The notes below the pieces were generated by a model. The model was not told the DNA's origin. It worked only from the letters and a program-made list of their open reading frames with translations, and searched no databases. Both the position numbers and the translations under genes were made by a program. This document shows positions 19,352-29,196 of a stretch of DNA of 64,000 bases, piece after piece; positions within the stretch are counted from its first letter, which is position 1; every line of letters begins with the position of its first letter. The DNA lies in NCBI GenBank assembly GCA_963850305.1, contig CAWKKR010000008.1:640001-704000 (forward strand), read 5' to 3'. Source of the DNA: an uncultured delta proteobacterium (GTDB taxonomy: Bacteria > Myxococcota_A > Polyangia > Polyangiales > Polyangiaceae).

Positions 19352-19600
19352 CTCGTACCTTTCGCGAAGCTCGATGCACTGCGGCGCGACACTCGCGGCG
19401 CGCAGCAGCATGGAGCGCGGATCATGCAGAAAACGCGGGCGGACCGTAGCAGCGGCCAGAGGGTCCGGCAATAGCAGCACGGTCGGGCCCTCGGAGGACT
19501 CGGGGGGAGGGACCGAACACATTCGTCCCGGCCGCACCTCCGATCGGGCAGTCAACCGATTGGCGGCTCGCGAAGGGCGGGATTATATGGATCATCTCGC

Positions 19601-20635
19601 ATGAGCGGACAGGCTATCGTCCTCGCGGTCTTCGGCCTCGCGCTACTGATGGTGATTCACGAGGGCGGGCACCATTTCGTTGCGCGGGCCTTCAAGATGC
19701 GCGTCCTCCGGTTCAGCATCGGCTTCGGGCCCGTGCTGTGGCGGCACCAACCCCGCGGAAGCACGACGGTCTATCAGATCGCGCTGATTCCGTTTCTGGC
19801 CTACGTACAAGTCGCGGGCATGAACCCGTTCGAGGAGATCGACCCCGACGACAGCGGGAGTTACGCCAACGCCTCGCTGGCTGCGCGCATCGCAACGATC
19901 GGAGCCGGCCCGCTCGCAAACTACTTCTTTGCGTCGGTACTCTTCTTCGGCAGCCTCATGCTCGGGGGCGAGGCCGTGCCGTCGAATTCCACCGTGGTCG
20001 AGGTCATGAAAGGCGGCGCGGCGGCGAGCGCGCAGATGAAAACGGGGGATCGCATCCTGTCGATCGACGGTGCGCCGATCGACACGTTCGACGAACTGCG
20101 CCACATCGTGCTCCTCCATCCCGGCACCCGGCTTCGCATGGACGTGGACCGGAAAGGCCAGCAGCTCACCCTCGACGTGACGCCGGAACCGAAGGGAGAG
20201 AATGGAGGTGGTCAGATCATGGTGCAGGCAAGGATCGACCACATCCCGGTGACGGCGAAGCAGGCTGTCGTCAAATCGCTCGTCCTTCCTGCCATCGTCG
20301 TCGACCATCTGGTCGTCGGTCTCGCCCGGATCATCACGCGGAAGGAGAAGGCGGATCTCGCCGGACCGGTCGGCATCGTCAAGATCGCCGGCAATGCAGC
20401 CGAGCGTGGCATGGGCGAATATCTGGAATTCCTCGGAATGCTGAGCGCGTACCTGGGTGGGTTCAACTTGTTGCCTCTCCCGGCGCTCGATGGCGGACGG
20501 CTCGCCTTTCTCGGGTACGAGGCCGTCACCCGGCGCCGCGCGAACGCGCGCGTGGAAGCGGGAATCCATTTCGTGGGCCTCGTGATGTTGCTCACGTTGC
20601 TCGCCGTCGTTACCGTCTTCGACTTCAAGCGGTGA
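19601..20635 (+). CDS. rseP: RIP metalloprotease RseP (M50, PDZ)
   Basis: HEGGH, FSIGFGP, AGPLAN, PDZ GDRILSIDG, NLLPLPALDGG. Confidence 0.92.
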   Translation: MSGQAIVLAVFGLALLMVIHEGGHHFVARAFKMRVLRFSIGFGPVLWRHQPRGSTTVYQIALIPFLAYVQVAGMNPFEEIDPDDSGSYANASLAARIATIGAGPLANYFFASVLFFGSLMLGGEAVPSNSTVVEVMKGGAAASAQMKTGDRILSIDGAPIDTFDELRHIVLLHPGTRLRMDVDRKGQQLTLDVTPEPKGENGGGQIMVQARIDHIPVTAKQAVVKSLVLPAIVVDHLVVGLARIITRKEKADLAGPVGIVKIAGNAAERGMGEYLEFLGMLSAYLGGFNLLPLPALDGGRLAFLGYEAVTRRRANARVEAGIHFVGLVMLLTLLAVVTVFDFKR

Positions 20636-21459
20636 ATCCCCCGGCGCTTCGTGCAATCACGCTGACTGGCATCGGGCTGCACTCCGGACGCGCTGGTTCG
20701 CTCACGTTGTCGGCGATCGAGGGCCCGGTCGTCTTCCGAACTGCGCGCGGCGACGTCCGGATCGCGGACCTGGACGTGCTGCGAACGGATCTCGGCGTAC
20801 GCGTGGCGTGCCCGCGCGTCGGGCTGGACGTCGACAGCGTGGAGCACCTGCTCGCGGCGCTAGGCGGCCTGTCGCTTCACGACGGCGTCGCCCTGGAGGT
20901 CGAGGGCCCGGAATTGCCCCTCTTGGACGGCGCGGCGCGCGTGTTCGCCGATGCGCTGGTCACCCTCGGCGCACGGGCGCGAACGACGGATCTGGTCGTC
21001 GTCCGCGCCGGTATGGTCGAAGTCGGCGAGGCAAGGTACGAGTTCGAGCCCGGTTCGACGGTCGCGCTCGCGGTGAAGATCGCCTTTGCCGAACCGGGGA
21101 TCGGCACGGCCGACGCCACGTGGGACGGCACTTCCACGTCGTTCCTCGCGGACATCGCGTGGGCCCGAACGTTCGGGTTTCGCCGCGACGCCGGGCGGCT
21201 GAGGGCAACGGGGCGCGCGTCCGGCGCGAACCCGGAGGCCGTGATGATCCTGGACGATGCGGGTCACGTCGAGGCGCCCGGCGCCCCGGCGCAACCGGGT
21301 GAATTCGCGCGACACAAGCTCCTCGACCTCATCGGCGATCTTCACCTGTCCGGGGGGCCTCCGGTGGGGACCGTCCGCGCTTTTCGGCCCGGACACGCGG
21401 CGACCAACCGGGCGATGAAGGAAGCGTTACGTCGCGGACTCGTCGCGCCGCGAGCCTGA
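20632..21459 (+). CDS. lpxC: UDP-3-O-acyl-GlcNAc deacetylase
   Basis: GIGLHSG, VEHLLAAL, ELPLLDG, ARTFGF, RHKLLDLIGDL, GH. GTG start overlaps the rseP stop. Confidence 0.9.
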   Translation: MNPPALRAITLTGIGLHSGRAGSLTLSAIEGPVVFRTARGDVRIADLDVLRTDLGVRVACPRVGLDVDSVEHLLAALGGLSLHDGVALEVEGPELPLLDGAARVFADALVTLGARARTTDLVVVRAGMVEVGEARYEFEPGSTVALAVKIAFAEPGIGTADATWDGTSTSFLADIAWARTFGFRRDAGRLRATGRASGANPEAVMILDDAGHVEAPGAPAQPGEFARHKLLDLIGDLHLSGGPPVGTVRAFRPGHAATNRAMKEALRRGLVAPRA

Positions 21460-21474
21460 TACCCTCGACCTGCC

Positions 21475-22134
21475 ATGAAGTCCCTCGGGCTCGCCCTCGC
21501 CGCGACGGTCGCCCTTGTTTCGGCGATCGCGTGCGGAGCGGGCACGGTGAGTCTCGCAGGCGGCCCACGCGAGTACGTCGCGACCGACTACGAACGCGTG
21601 CTCGGCCGATGGACGCGTACGGAGATGCTCTTCGTCCCCGGTGAGCTGGACGACATGCTGACCGTCACCGCCACGTACGAGTCGTGGGACTTTCGCTGGG
21701 CTTACGTGGTGCGGTACGCGGAGGATTACCGCCTCACGGTGGAGCAACGAGGGGCACTCCTCGAGCGATCGCTCGACGAATCGGGTCGCTTTCATTCATT
21801 TTATGTCGCGCTCTACGCGCAGCGGCATCAATGGTCGGACCTCACGGCCGACAACGCGGCGTGGATCGTTCGGCTGATCGACGACCGCGGGGACGAAACG
21901 GCGCCGAGCGAAATCGACCCCATTCGAAAACCCGGAGCGATCGAACGAACCTATTTCCCCTACACATCGCCATGGCGGCGCGCCTACAGGATCCGATTCC
22001 CGGTCGCGCGCTCCGATGGGCGCCGCACGATCTCTTCGAACGCGCAATGGTTCGGGCTCAGATTTGCTGGCGCGCAGGGCAACGAACAACTCGTGTGGCT
22101 CGTCGATCGAAGCCAGCCCATGCAAAGTCCCTGA
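21475..22134 (+). CDS. Hypothetical lipoprotein
   Basis: Signal peptide with lipobox AIAC; genome-like codon usage. Confidence 0.7.
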   Translation: MKSLGLALAATVALVSAIACGAGTVSLAGGPREYVATDYERVLGRWTRTEMLFVPGELDDMLTVTATYESWDFRWAYVVRYAEDYRLTVEQRGALLERSLDESGRFHSFYVALYAQRHQWSDLTADNAAWIVRLIDDRGDETAPSEIDPIRKPGAIERTYFPYTSPWRRAYRIRFPVARSDGRRTISSNAQWFGLRFAGAQGNEQLVWLVDRSQPMQSP

Positions 22135-23808
22135 TCACCCTGCGAGAATCTCGACGAGCGGGGGCACGCTCATCAAAAGTTCGTGAGCGACGCTGCGGGA
22201 GGCGAAGAGCACGAGCGCGCCCGAGGGACCTGCCCGAGCCATCGCTTTCGCCTTGCCCGCGCCGAGCACCTCGGCCGCGAAGAGAAAATCGCCGGGCGAA
22301 GCCTCGTCCGTGACCGCCTCGCCGCTCACGAACTCGACGCGGCCCGCGCCGACGACGTGTAGCCCTGGTACCACCTTCCCGGCGGGAACGATCGTCTCGC
22401 CGGGCGCGAACGACTTAACGTCCAGGCGCGAAAAGACCATCCCACGAAGCGAGTCATCCAGCCTGTCCCCGAGCGGACCAAGCGTTGCGCCGGCCAGAGC
22501 CTGAAACCGATCTCCGACGCCCTTGAGCTCGTCCGCGACCCACGGGCAATCCGACATGCTCGCCGCGAGCTCTTCGGCGCTCCATGATGCGACGACGGTG
22601 CCGTCCTCCAGCGCGACGACACGCACGGAGACCGCTTCTTCGAGCGTCCCGCCGGTGAAAACCACGTCTCCTGCAGCCGCGGTGCTCGCTGCCACATCGG
22701 CGATCGCCGGCATGATGCCGACCTTGCCCCGGGTTACGAGCGCGGCGCCGAACGAGCTGACCTCCTCTTCGGCGGCAAGCGACGTGAGCACGGCCGACGC
22801 CGAGAGACGGTATTGCGACGGCTCCGGTAGATCCTCGAACCCGCGGACCTGATCGAGTGCCACGCCGTCCACGAGGAGAGTCGGCGAGGGAATGACTTCC
22901 GCTTCCGGCTCCGCGTGGACGGAGGGCTCGGAAAAGGCATCCATCGGCGGCGACGGTGCAACCCAATCCATCTCGGGGCTGGCAGACTCCGGTTCGGCAA
23001 GGTGGTCCATGTCCGACGGCGGCCGAGGCTCATCGCGGTGACTGACCGGCGCCGAGACGCGAGCTCCGAACGGCTCGTCCTCGGTATCGAGCGCACTCGA
23101 CCCTTCCGGGTCCGCGAACGGGAAACGGTCGTCCTCGGATTCCGTCGCGACCGTGTTCGCGTCACTGACGTGTCGCAAATCTTCCGGCGGGAGCGGAGAT
23201 GATCCGAAGATCGCGTCTGGCGAGACGGAGCCTGAATGGCGCTCGGGACGCGCGCTGAAAATCTCGTCCGGATTGACGTCGAGCTCTTCTTCGGTTTGTT
23301 CCTCGTCATCGGGCTCGACGCTGACGGCGCTCGCGCGAGGCGGGGGCACGGACGAGTCGCTCGCGCCACCGGTACTCGGCGGCGGAATCGTCGGCGCATC
23401 GTCGTCGAAGTCGTCGTCCTCGCCGTCGTCGAACTCGAACGGGATCTCGCTCGTGAGCGAGTGTGCGCTCTGTCGAAACTGCGGCCGCGGAGGAGCCGGA
23501 ACCGAATCGCGGAGGAGCGCATCGACGTCCTGGTCCTCGCGCGATCCCCCGCTCGGCGGGGCAATCGAGTCGGGTGCCGCAAGCGCCTCCATGACGAGCC
23601 GATCCGCAACGTTGGCCGCCAGCCGCGTCAGATCGCGAGTGCGCTCGGGATTCCCCGCGCTGATCGCGGCCTCGACGGCGCGACGGAGCCAGAGAACCGC
23701 ATCGGCTCGGGCGCCGCGCTGCCATTGGACGGCGGCGGTCTGCAGCGCCCAGGCGACGTCATCGTCGTCGCCATCGAGCGGCGCTGGGATTACGGGCTCG
23801 CCATGCAT
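22135..23808 (-). CDS. Protein with helical N-domain, acidic disordered linker and tandem cNMP-binding-like domains
   Basis: FAPGETIVPAGKVVPGLHVVGAGRVE...PGDFLFAAE resembles the CAP/cNMP fold. Confidence 0.65.
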   Translation of the reverse strand: MHGEPVIPAPLDGDDDDVAWALQTAAVQWQRGARADAVLWLRRAVEAAISAGNPERTRDLTRLAANVADRLVMEALAAPDSIAPPSGGSREDQDVDALLRDSVPAPPRPQFRQSAHSLTSEIPFEFDDGEDDDFDDDAPTIPPPSTGGASDSSVPPPRASAVSVEPDDEEQTEEELDVNPDEIFSARPERHSGSVSPDAIFGSSPLPPEDLRHVSDANTVATESEDDRFPFADPEGSSALDTEDEPFGARVSAPVSHRDEPRPPSDMDHLAEPESASPEMDWVAPSPPMDAFSEPSVHAEPEAEVIPSPTLLVDGVALDQVRGFEDLPEPSQYRLSASAVLTSLAAEEEVSSFGAALVTRGKVGIMPAIADVAASTAAAGDVVFTGGTLEEAVSVRVVALEDGTVVASWSAEELAASMSDCPWVADELKGVGDRFQALAGATLGPLGDRLDDSLRGMVFSRLDVKSFAPGETIVPAGKVVPGLHVVGAGRVEFVSGEAVTDEASPGDFLFAAEVLGAGKAKAMARAGPSGALVLFASRSVAHELLMSVPPLVEILAG

Positions 23809-23881
23809 CCGGAAGGAGTTTCATACCATTCCATCGCCCGAGGTGGCGAGGCGGATGGAGACCCAGCTCCGCTCCGAACCC

Positions 23882-26491
23882 TCAATGCGCCTGAATCAGG
23901 ACTTCGCGATCCTTGGCGCCGTTCGGAGGGCCCACCATTCCGAGCTTTTCCATCATCTCCACCATCTTTGCGGCTCGGTTGTAGCCGATCGTCATCTTGC
24001 GCTGCAGCCAGGAGGTCGAGCAGCGACGCGTCTCGGCTACGATGCGAACGGCCTCGTCGAAGCGCGAATCCTGCGGGTCGTCGTCCTTCTCGCCGTCTTC
24101 TTCGTCGTCGGCACGCTGCAAGATGGCGTCGTGGTACGTGGGCGTCCCCTGAGCCCTCAGGAAATTCGTGAGCAAGTCGACCTCCTCCTCGCTCACGAAA
24201 GGACACTGGACGCGTCGCATCTCGTTCGAGCCGTTCATCTTGACCAGCATGTCGCCCTTGCCGAGCAGGAGCTCGGAGCCCTGCTCGTCGAGGATCGTCC
24301 GGCTGTCGACCTTCTGCGCTACGCGGAACGCAATGCGCGTCGGAAAGTTCGCCTTGATCATGCCCGTGATGACGTCCACGCTCGGCCGCTGCGTCGCGAG
24401 CACGACGTGCATCCCCGCGGCGCGCGCCTTTTGCGCGAGTCGTGCCACCGCAGTCTCCACGTCTTTCCCTTGCTGCATCATCAGATCGGCAAACTCGTCC
24501 ACGACGATGACGATGAACGGAAGCTTGCCCGGGAGGATCGCGCCGTCCGCGCCCTCCTTCGCGGATGGGACGCTCACGAGCTGACCGTCGGCGGCGATCG
24601 CTTGAACCTCGGTCGGGTCGGGTGGCGGGATTTCACCGTCCTCGATGCGCTTCACCCAGCGGTTGTAGGTGCCGATGTTCTTCGTGCCCGCGTTCGCGAA
24701 CAGCTGATACCGACGTTCCATCTCGTCGACGGCCCACTTCAGCGCCTTCGCAGCTTGCTTCATGTCCGTCACTACCGGAAGGAGCATGTGCGGAATTCCA
24801 TCGAAAGGCGCGAGCTCGACGACCTTGGGATCGATCATGAGCAGCCGCAGCTCGTCCGGCGTTCGACGGAACAGCAAGCTCGTGAGCATCACGTTGAGGC
24901 CTACGCTCTTCCCTGCGCCCGTCGCGCCGGCGACGATGACGTGAGGCATCGAAGCGAGATCCGCGTAAAACGGCGCGCCCACGATGTCGCGCCCGAGCAC
25001 GACCGGCAGCGGCGCCTTCTCAGCGAGCTGGTCGAATCGCTTGTCTTCGACGAGCTCCCGTAACCCCACCGGTTGTCGCTCGTCGTTCGGCAGCTCGAAC
25101 CCGATGCGGCTCTTTCCCGGAATCGGCGCCACAATGCGTACTTTGCGCGACAATCCGAGCGCCAGGTCGTCTGACAGGCTCGCGATCTTGCTCACCTTCG
25201 TTCCCGCCTCGGGAGCAACTTCGTACGTGGTCACCGTCGGCCCGGGATGAATCTCGACGACTTTCCCGGTCACGCCGTAATCGAGCAGCGTGCGCTCGAG
25301 CCGCTCCGACAGCTCGAACACGCGACGCTTGTCGACCTCGTTCACCGTGGGCGCCGTCGCGGCGAGAATATCCGTCGATGGCAGCTGAAACCCGCTCTTC
25401 TTCCGCGCGGGCCCACGGAGCGCGCGCTTCACCTCGAGCTCCTTGCTCGTGTCGACAATCGTCGGTTCGGCAGGAGCATCTGCCTTCGTAGCTCTGCGAG
25501 GCGGACGTTCGCCGACCGCTGGGACGACGCGCGGCTCCAGGATTTCTTGGTCGGGGGGCTCTCCCGCGTCGTCTTCCGTCAAAGTACCCTGGACCTCTTC
25601 CGGCCCCGCGTCGACGAATGGGACCCTCGAAAAGGGCGCAGGCATCGTGCCTGCGAGCGCCATGTTCCGTCGCGCCACGCCGTCACGCAGCGCCTCGGAC
25701 AGCGCGATCGGCGGGGGCCCAGTGCGCTCGACGGGCAACCAATCCGTATCGTCCTCTTCCAGGTGTGCGAGGATGGCATCGTCACGAGCGCTGTCGTCGA
25801 TCACCGGCGCGGCGGCGGAGCGCGCCGCATCCTCACGCGCGCGCCGGAGCGTCCGCGCTTCGCCCCATGCAACCCGCGAGCGCGAGAGGAGTCGCACGAG
25901 CGCGCCTTCGATGAATGCGACGAAGCGCGATACCCGGTCGACCCACTCGATGAACGAAAACTGGCTGCGGCCGATCAAAACGAGGCACGCAACGGTCGCC
26001 CCGACGAGGAACGACCCCACGGCCGAAAACAGCGCCTGCATCAGCTCGCCGAAAAACAGCCCAACGTTGCCACCCGCGGGCATGCCGCCGAAGACGTGGG
26101 CCGTCGGAGCCGCGATGTGAACCAAAGCCGACAGCACGACCCCCAGCACGAGATCGCCAGCGATGCGGAACGAGGTCACGGGCATCCGACCCGGACGGAA
26201 GAGCGGCCACGCGATCAGCCCGAACTCGACCGGCAGCAGCCAGGCGACGACTCCGAATCCGCGCGCAAGGGCTTCACCGATCGCCGTCCCGACAGGCCCT
26301 GCTGGCTCGGTGCCGATTACCGACGGATCCGCCGGGTCCACGCGAATTCCGGCGAGGGCCAGGACCAGGTACGCCGCCGCGGCGACGAGGAGGAGCGACG
26401 CCGCTTCGCGCGGTTTCCCCGCCGACGGGACGCTACCCTCGGTCCCCGGCGAGACCCCGAGCCGTCGAGGCGTAAATAAGTGTACGCTCAT
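23882..26491 (-). CDS. ftsK: DNA translocase FtsK
   Basis: N-terminal TM domain, GATGAGKS, IDPK, VVDEFADLM, ATQRPS, gamma domain IGYNRAA. Confidence 0.97.
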   Translation of the reverse strand: MSVHLFTPRRLGVSPGTEGSVPSAGKPREAASLLLVAAAAYLVLALAGIRVDPADPSVIGTEPAGPVGTAIGEALARGFGVVAWLLPVEFGLIAWPLFRPGRMPVTSFRIAGDLVLGVVLSALVHIAAPTAHVFGGMPAGGNVGLFFGELMQALFSAVGSFLVGATVACLVLIGRSQFSFIEWVDRVSRFVAFIEGALVRLLSRSRVAWGEARTLRRAREDAARSAAAPVIDDSARDDAILAHLEEDDTDWLPVERTGPPPIALSEALRDGVARRNMALAGTMPAPFSRVPFVDAGPEEVQGTLTEDDAGEPPDQEILEPRVVPAVGERPPRRATKADAPAEPTIVDTSKELEVKRALRGPARKKSGFQLPSTDILAATAPTVNEVDKRRVFELSERLERTLLDYGVTGKVVEIHPGPTVTTYEVAPEAGTKVSKIASLSDDLALGLSRKVRIVAPIPGKSRIGFELPNDERQPVGLRELVEDKRFDQLAEKAPLPVVLGRDIVGAPFYADLASMPHVIVAGATGAGKSVGLNVMLTSLLFRRTPDELRLLMIDPKVVELAPFDGIPHMLLPVVTDMKQAAKALKWAVDEMERRYQLFANAGTKNIGTYNRWVKRIEDGEIPPPDPTEVQAIAADGQLVSVPSAKEGADGAILPGKLPFIVIVVDEFADLMMQQGKDVETAVARLAQKARAAGMHVVLATQRPSVDVITGMIKANFPTRIAFRVAQKVDSRTILDEQGSELLLGKGDMLVKMNGSNEMRRVQCPFVSEEEVDLLTNFLRAQGTPTYHDAILQRADDEEDGEKDDDPQDSRFDEAVRIVAETRRCSTSWLQRKMTIGYNRAAKMVEMMEKLGMVGPPNGAKDREVLIQAH

Positions 26492-26775
26492 CTACTACCT
26501 GTGCATACATAGACCTACCCAACCGGAGATACAAGAACTCCGTGACGGAGCAATGCCCTTGCGAGGTTCACTTAATGAAGGAATCCGGTGAGATTCCGGA
26601 CGGAGGTGGAGCCACGCCGGAAAAATCCCACCAATCCGAGAATGGACACGGAACCTTTGGAGCAAGCTTGAGTGCACGCGAAAGTAGGTCGTATTATCCC
26701 GACTCCCCTGGCGATGAACGCCGGGAACGCGACGGCTCACGTCGCGAATTTGCACGGGGAACGGTAGGGATTCCA

Positions 26776-28344
26776 ATGAAGTGCCGCTCGCGCGCCGGCC
26801 GACTTTCGTCCCGGAAGGGATTGGTCGTAACGCTCGCACTTTTCGTCGCGGTATCCGGTTGTCGCACCACGGACGAGGACGTCCATCGCTGGGCCAACAC
26901 GGCCCAGGGTCCCCGCAAGCTGGTGGCGGTGCTGGAACACGACAAGTACCCGATGGATCTCCGCATCGAATCGGCGCTGACGCTGGTCGACATGAAGCCG
27001 CGCGCAGGTCGCCGGATTGGCATCGGTGACCTCGTCGACAGCCTGAACGAGCTTCCGGCGTCCGAACGCGCGAAGATCGTGACGGGCATGGTGCCGCGCC
27101 TGGACGCGGAAATCCGGAAGCCGGCCACCGGCACTGGCGAATCCCGCGTCGATACGTCGATCCCATACAAGGACGCGGCGTACGCGCTCCTAACCAATGA
27201 CGGAGGGCCGCTGGTCACCGACAGGGCGCAAGTCGAGACATTGCATGCAGCGCTCACTCAATGGGCGATGACGGATTTTTCCGCGCGAATGGACGACTCG
27301 TCGCAGGCATACGGGATGGAGCAGGTGCTCCGCATGCTCGGTGCAAGCGGAGTGCGCGGGTTGCCGGCGCTCATCCAGCTGGATTTCCCGAAACTGGATC
27401 GCGTTTCCGATCTGATCTCGGACCTCGGAGACCCTGCCACGAAGCTCGAGGCGAGCAAGAAGCTCGTTGCGGTCGCTCAGGCCATCAACGCGGACACGTG
27501 GATCAAAACCTGGACGCCCAAGCTCGAAGCCGCCGACGAGGCCCAAAAGCTGAAGCCAACGAAAGATCAACTCGCGAAGCAGGTGGAGCAGTACCAGGAG
27601 GAAGAGCTCCTCCGCGTTTTTGGATCGATGAAGAAGATCGGGCAAGAACCGATCGTCGAGTACCTCTTGAACTTCGCGCTCGACAAGTCCCAGAGTGAAA
27701 AGCGACGGAGCACGGCGCTCGTGGCGCTCGAAGGGCAAATCGACAAGGACAACAAGAGCCAGGTCGATCGCGTCCTGTCCCTCGCGAGCGGAGAAGACAC
27801 GCCCGATGCGGTGCGCGATGCCGCTTTGCGCATCGCGGGGGATCTCCCGCGGCCGCGCGTCGTCGAACGCCTCTACGCGATGTTCGACAACAAGGAGTGG
27901 AAGATCCGGTGGGTCGCGGCGGAGCTGGTGCTGAAGATGAGCGACAGCTCGCAGATCGACGAGTTCATGGCGCACCTCGCGCACGCCAAGGGCATGAGCA
28001 TCACCGAACCGCTCCGCTACGGAACGCTCATCGGCCAGCTGAAGAAGGTGAAGGTCGATCCGATCGCCGCCATCGACCGCTACACCGATCCGCAGTACCC
28101 AGTCGAAGATCGATTGAGCGCGCTCGGCTATTACTACGAAGGCGGCACGAGCAAGGACCTGCCGAAGGTCGACCGCTATGCATCCGACACGACCAAGGTG
28201 CCCGAGTGCCTGCCTGCAGCGAAGGAGTGCGAGTGGAAGTGCACCGTGGACGCCGGGGAAAAGACCGTGGCGACCGTCGGAGACTTCGTCACGTTTTGCG
28301 TGAAGCCTGCTCTAGAGAAACGTGCGCCCTCGAAAGGCAAGTAA
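26776..28344 (+). CDS. Alpha-helical (HEAT-like) lipoprotein
   Basis: Lipobox VSGC; HEAT-like repeats (DAVRDAAL, EWKIRWVAAE); Cys-rich C-terminus. Start approximate. Confidence 0.7.
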   Translation: MKCRSRAGRLSSRKGLVVTLALFVAVSGCRTTDEDVHRWANTAQGPRKLVAVLEHDKYPMDLRIESALTLVDMKPRAGRRIGIGDLVDSLNELPASERAKIVTGMVPRLDAEIRKPATGTGESRVDTSIPYKDAAYALLTNDGGPLVTDRAQVETLHAALTQWAMTDFSARMDDSSQAYGMEQVLRMLGASGVRGLPALIQLDFPKLDRVSDLISDLGDPATKLEASKKLVAVAQAINADTWIKTWTPKLEAADEAQKLKPTKDQLAKQVEQYQEEELLRVFGSMKKIGQEPIVEYLLNFALDKSQSEKRRSTALVALEGQIDKDNKSQVDRVLSLASGEDTPDAVRDAALRIAGDLPRPRVVERLYAMFDNKEWKIRWVAAELVLKMSDSSQIDEFMAHLAHAKGMSITEPLRYGTLIGQLKKVKVDPIAAIDRYTDPQYPVEDRLSALGYYYEGGTSKDLPKVDRYASDTTKVPECLPAAKECEWKCTVDAGEKTVATVGDFVTFCVKPALEKRAPSKGK

Positions 28345-28400
28345 GCTCCGCGTCGCGAGAATAGCGACGATCCCAAAAGCACCGTAAGGCCCCCGCGGAA

Positions 28401-29186
28401 ATGTCCGACGCGAACAAGAAATCAGCCCGCAATTTCCAGTGTCGTGATGCGCTCTGGGAAAAGTTCGAGCAAATGGCTCGCGAGCTCGAATGCTCGATCG
28501 ATTACCTGGTGAACGACGCCATGAAGCAATACCTGCGACAGCGCGGGTACGGCAGCACGGCCGCATCGATGTCCATCGCACCGGGTACAGGCAACGGACC
28601 TCCATCGCCGGCCGCGGTTGCAGCCCCGCCGCCGCCGCCGCCGCCACCGCCGCCGGCCGCGCCACCACGCGGGTCATTCGCGCCCCCACCTCCCCCGCCG
28701 CCGCCACCCGCCGCAGCCCGAGGCTCGACGGGCCAGTTGCCGCCATTGCCACCAGGAGCGTCAGGGGCCATGAGCGCGCGGCGCGGACCGCCGCCCCCTC
28801 CCGCCGCGCGCGCGATGAGCCGTGCGCCCACACCGCCACCAGTTCCCGCGCCTGCCGCGGCCGCGCCTCGCGGGGGACCGCCCCCGATGGCGCCCATGCA
28901 GCGCGCCGCGCAGCTCTACATTTACTACATGGGGGAGCGCTTCCAGGTGACGAAGGAGCGCTTCATCATCGGGCGCGGCAAACAATCGAGTGATCTGACC
29001 ATCAAGGATCCGAACGTCTCGCGGCAACACGCGATGGTCGAGTATCTGAATGGCCAGTATTACATCGTCGACATGGGCTCGACGAACGGCGTGGAGTACA
29101 ACGGCCAGCGCGTTCAACGTCGCGTCATCAACGATGGCGACACGTTCCGAGTCTGCGACCACGAACTTCGCTTCGCGCTGCAATAG
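28401..29186 (+). CDS. Ribbon-helix-helix-like + proline-rich linker + FHA domain protein
   Basis: N-terminal RNFQC-RDALWEKFEQMARE-SIDYLVNDAMKQY; FHA motifs IGR, DPNVSRQHA, DMGSTNG. Confidence 0.85.
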   Translation: MSDANKKSARNFQCRDALWEKFEQMARELECSIDYLVNDAMKQYLRQRGYGSTAASMSIAPGTGNGPPSPAAVAAPPPPPPPPPPAAPPRGSFAPPPPPPPPPAAARGSTGQLPPLPPGASGAMSARRGPPPPPAARAMSRAPTPPPVPAPAAAAPRGGPPPMAPMQRAAQLYIYYMGERFQVTKERFIIGRGKQSSDLTIKDPNVSRQHAMVEYLNGQYYIVDMGSTNGVEYNGQRVQRRVINDGDTFRVCDHELRFALQ

Positions 29187-29196
29187 TCGTCGGCGC

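Noticed and set aside
28620..28710. CCG/GCC triplet repeats as a separate element
   Set aside because: They are explained by the poly-proline linker of the FHA protein.
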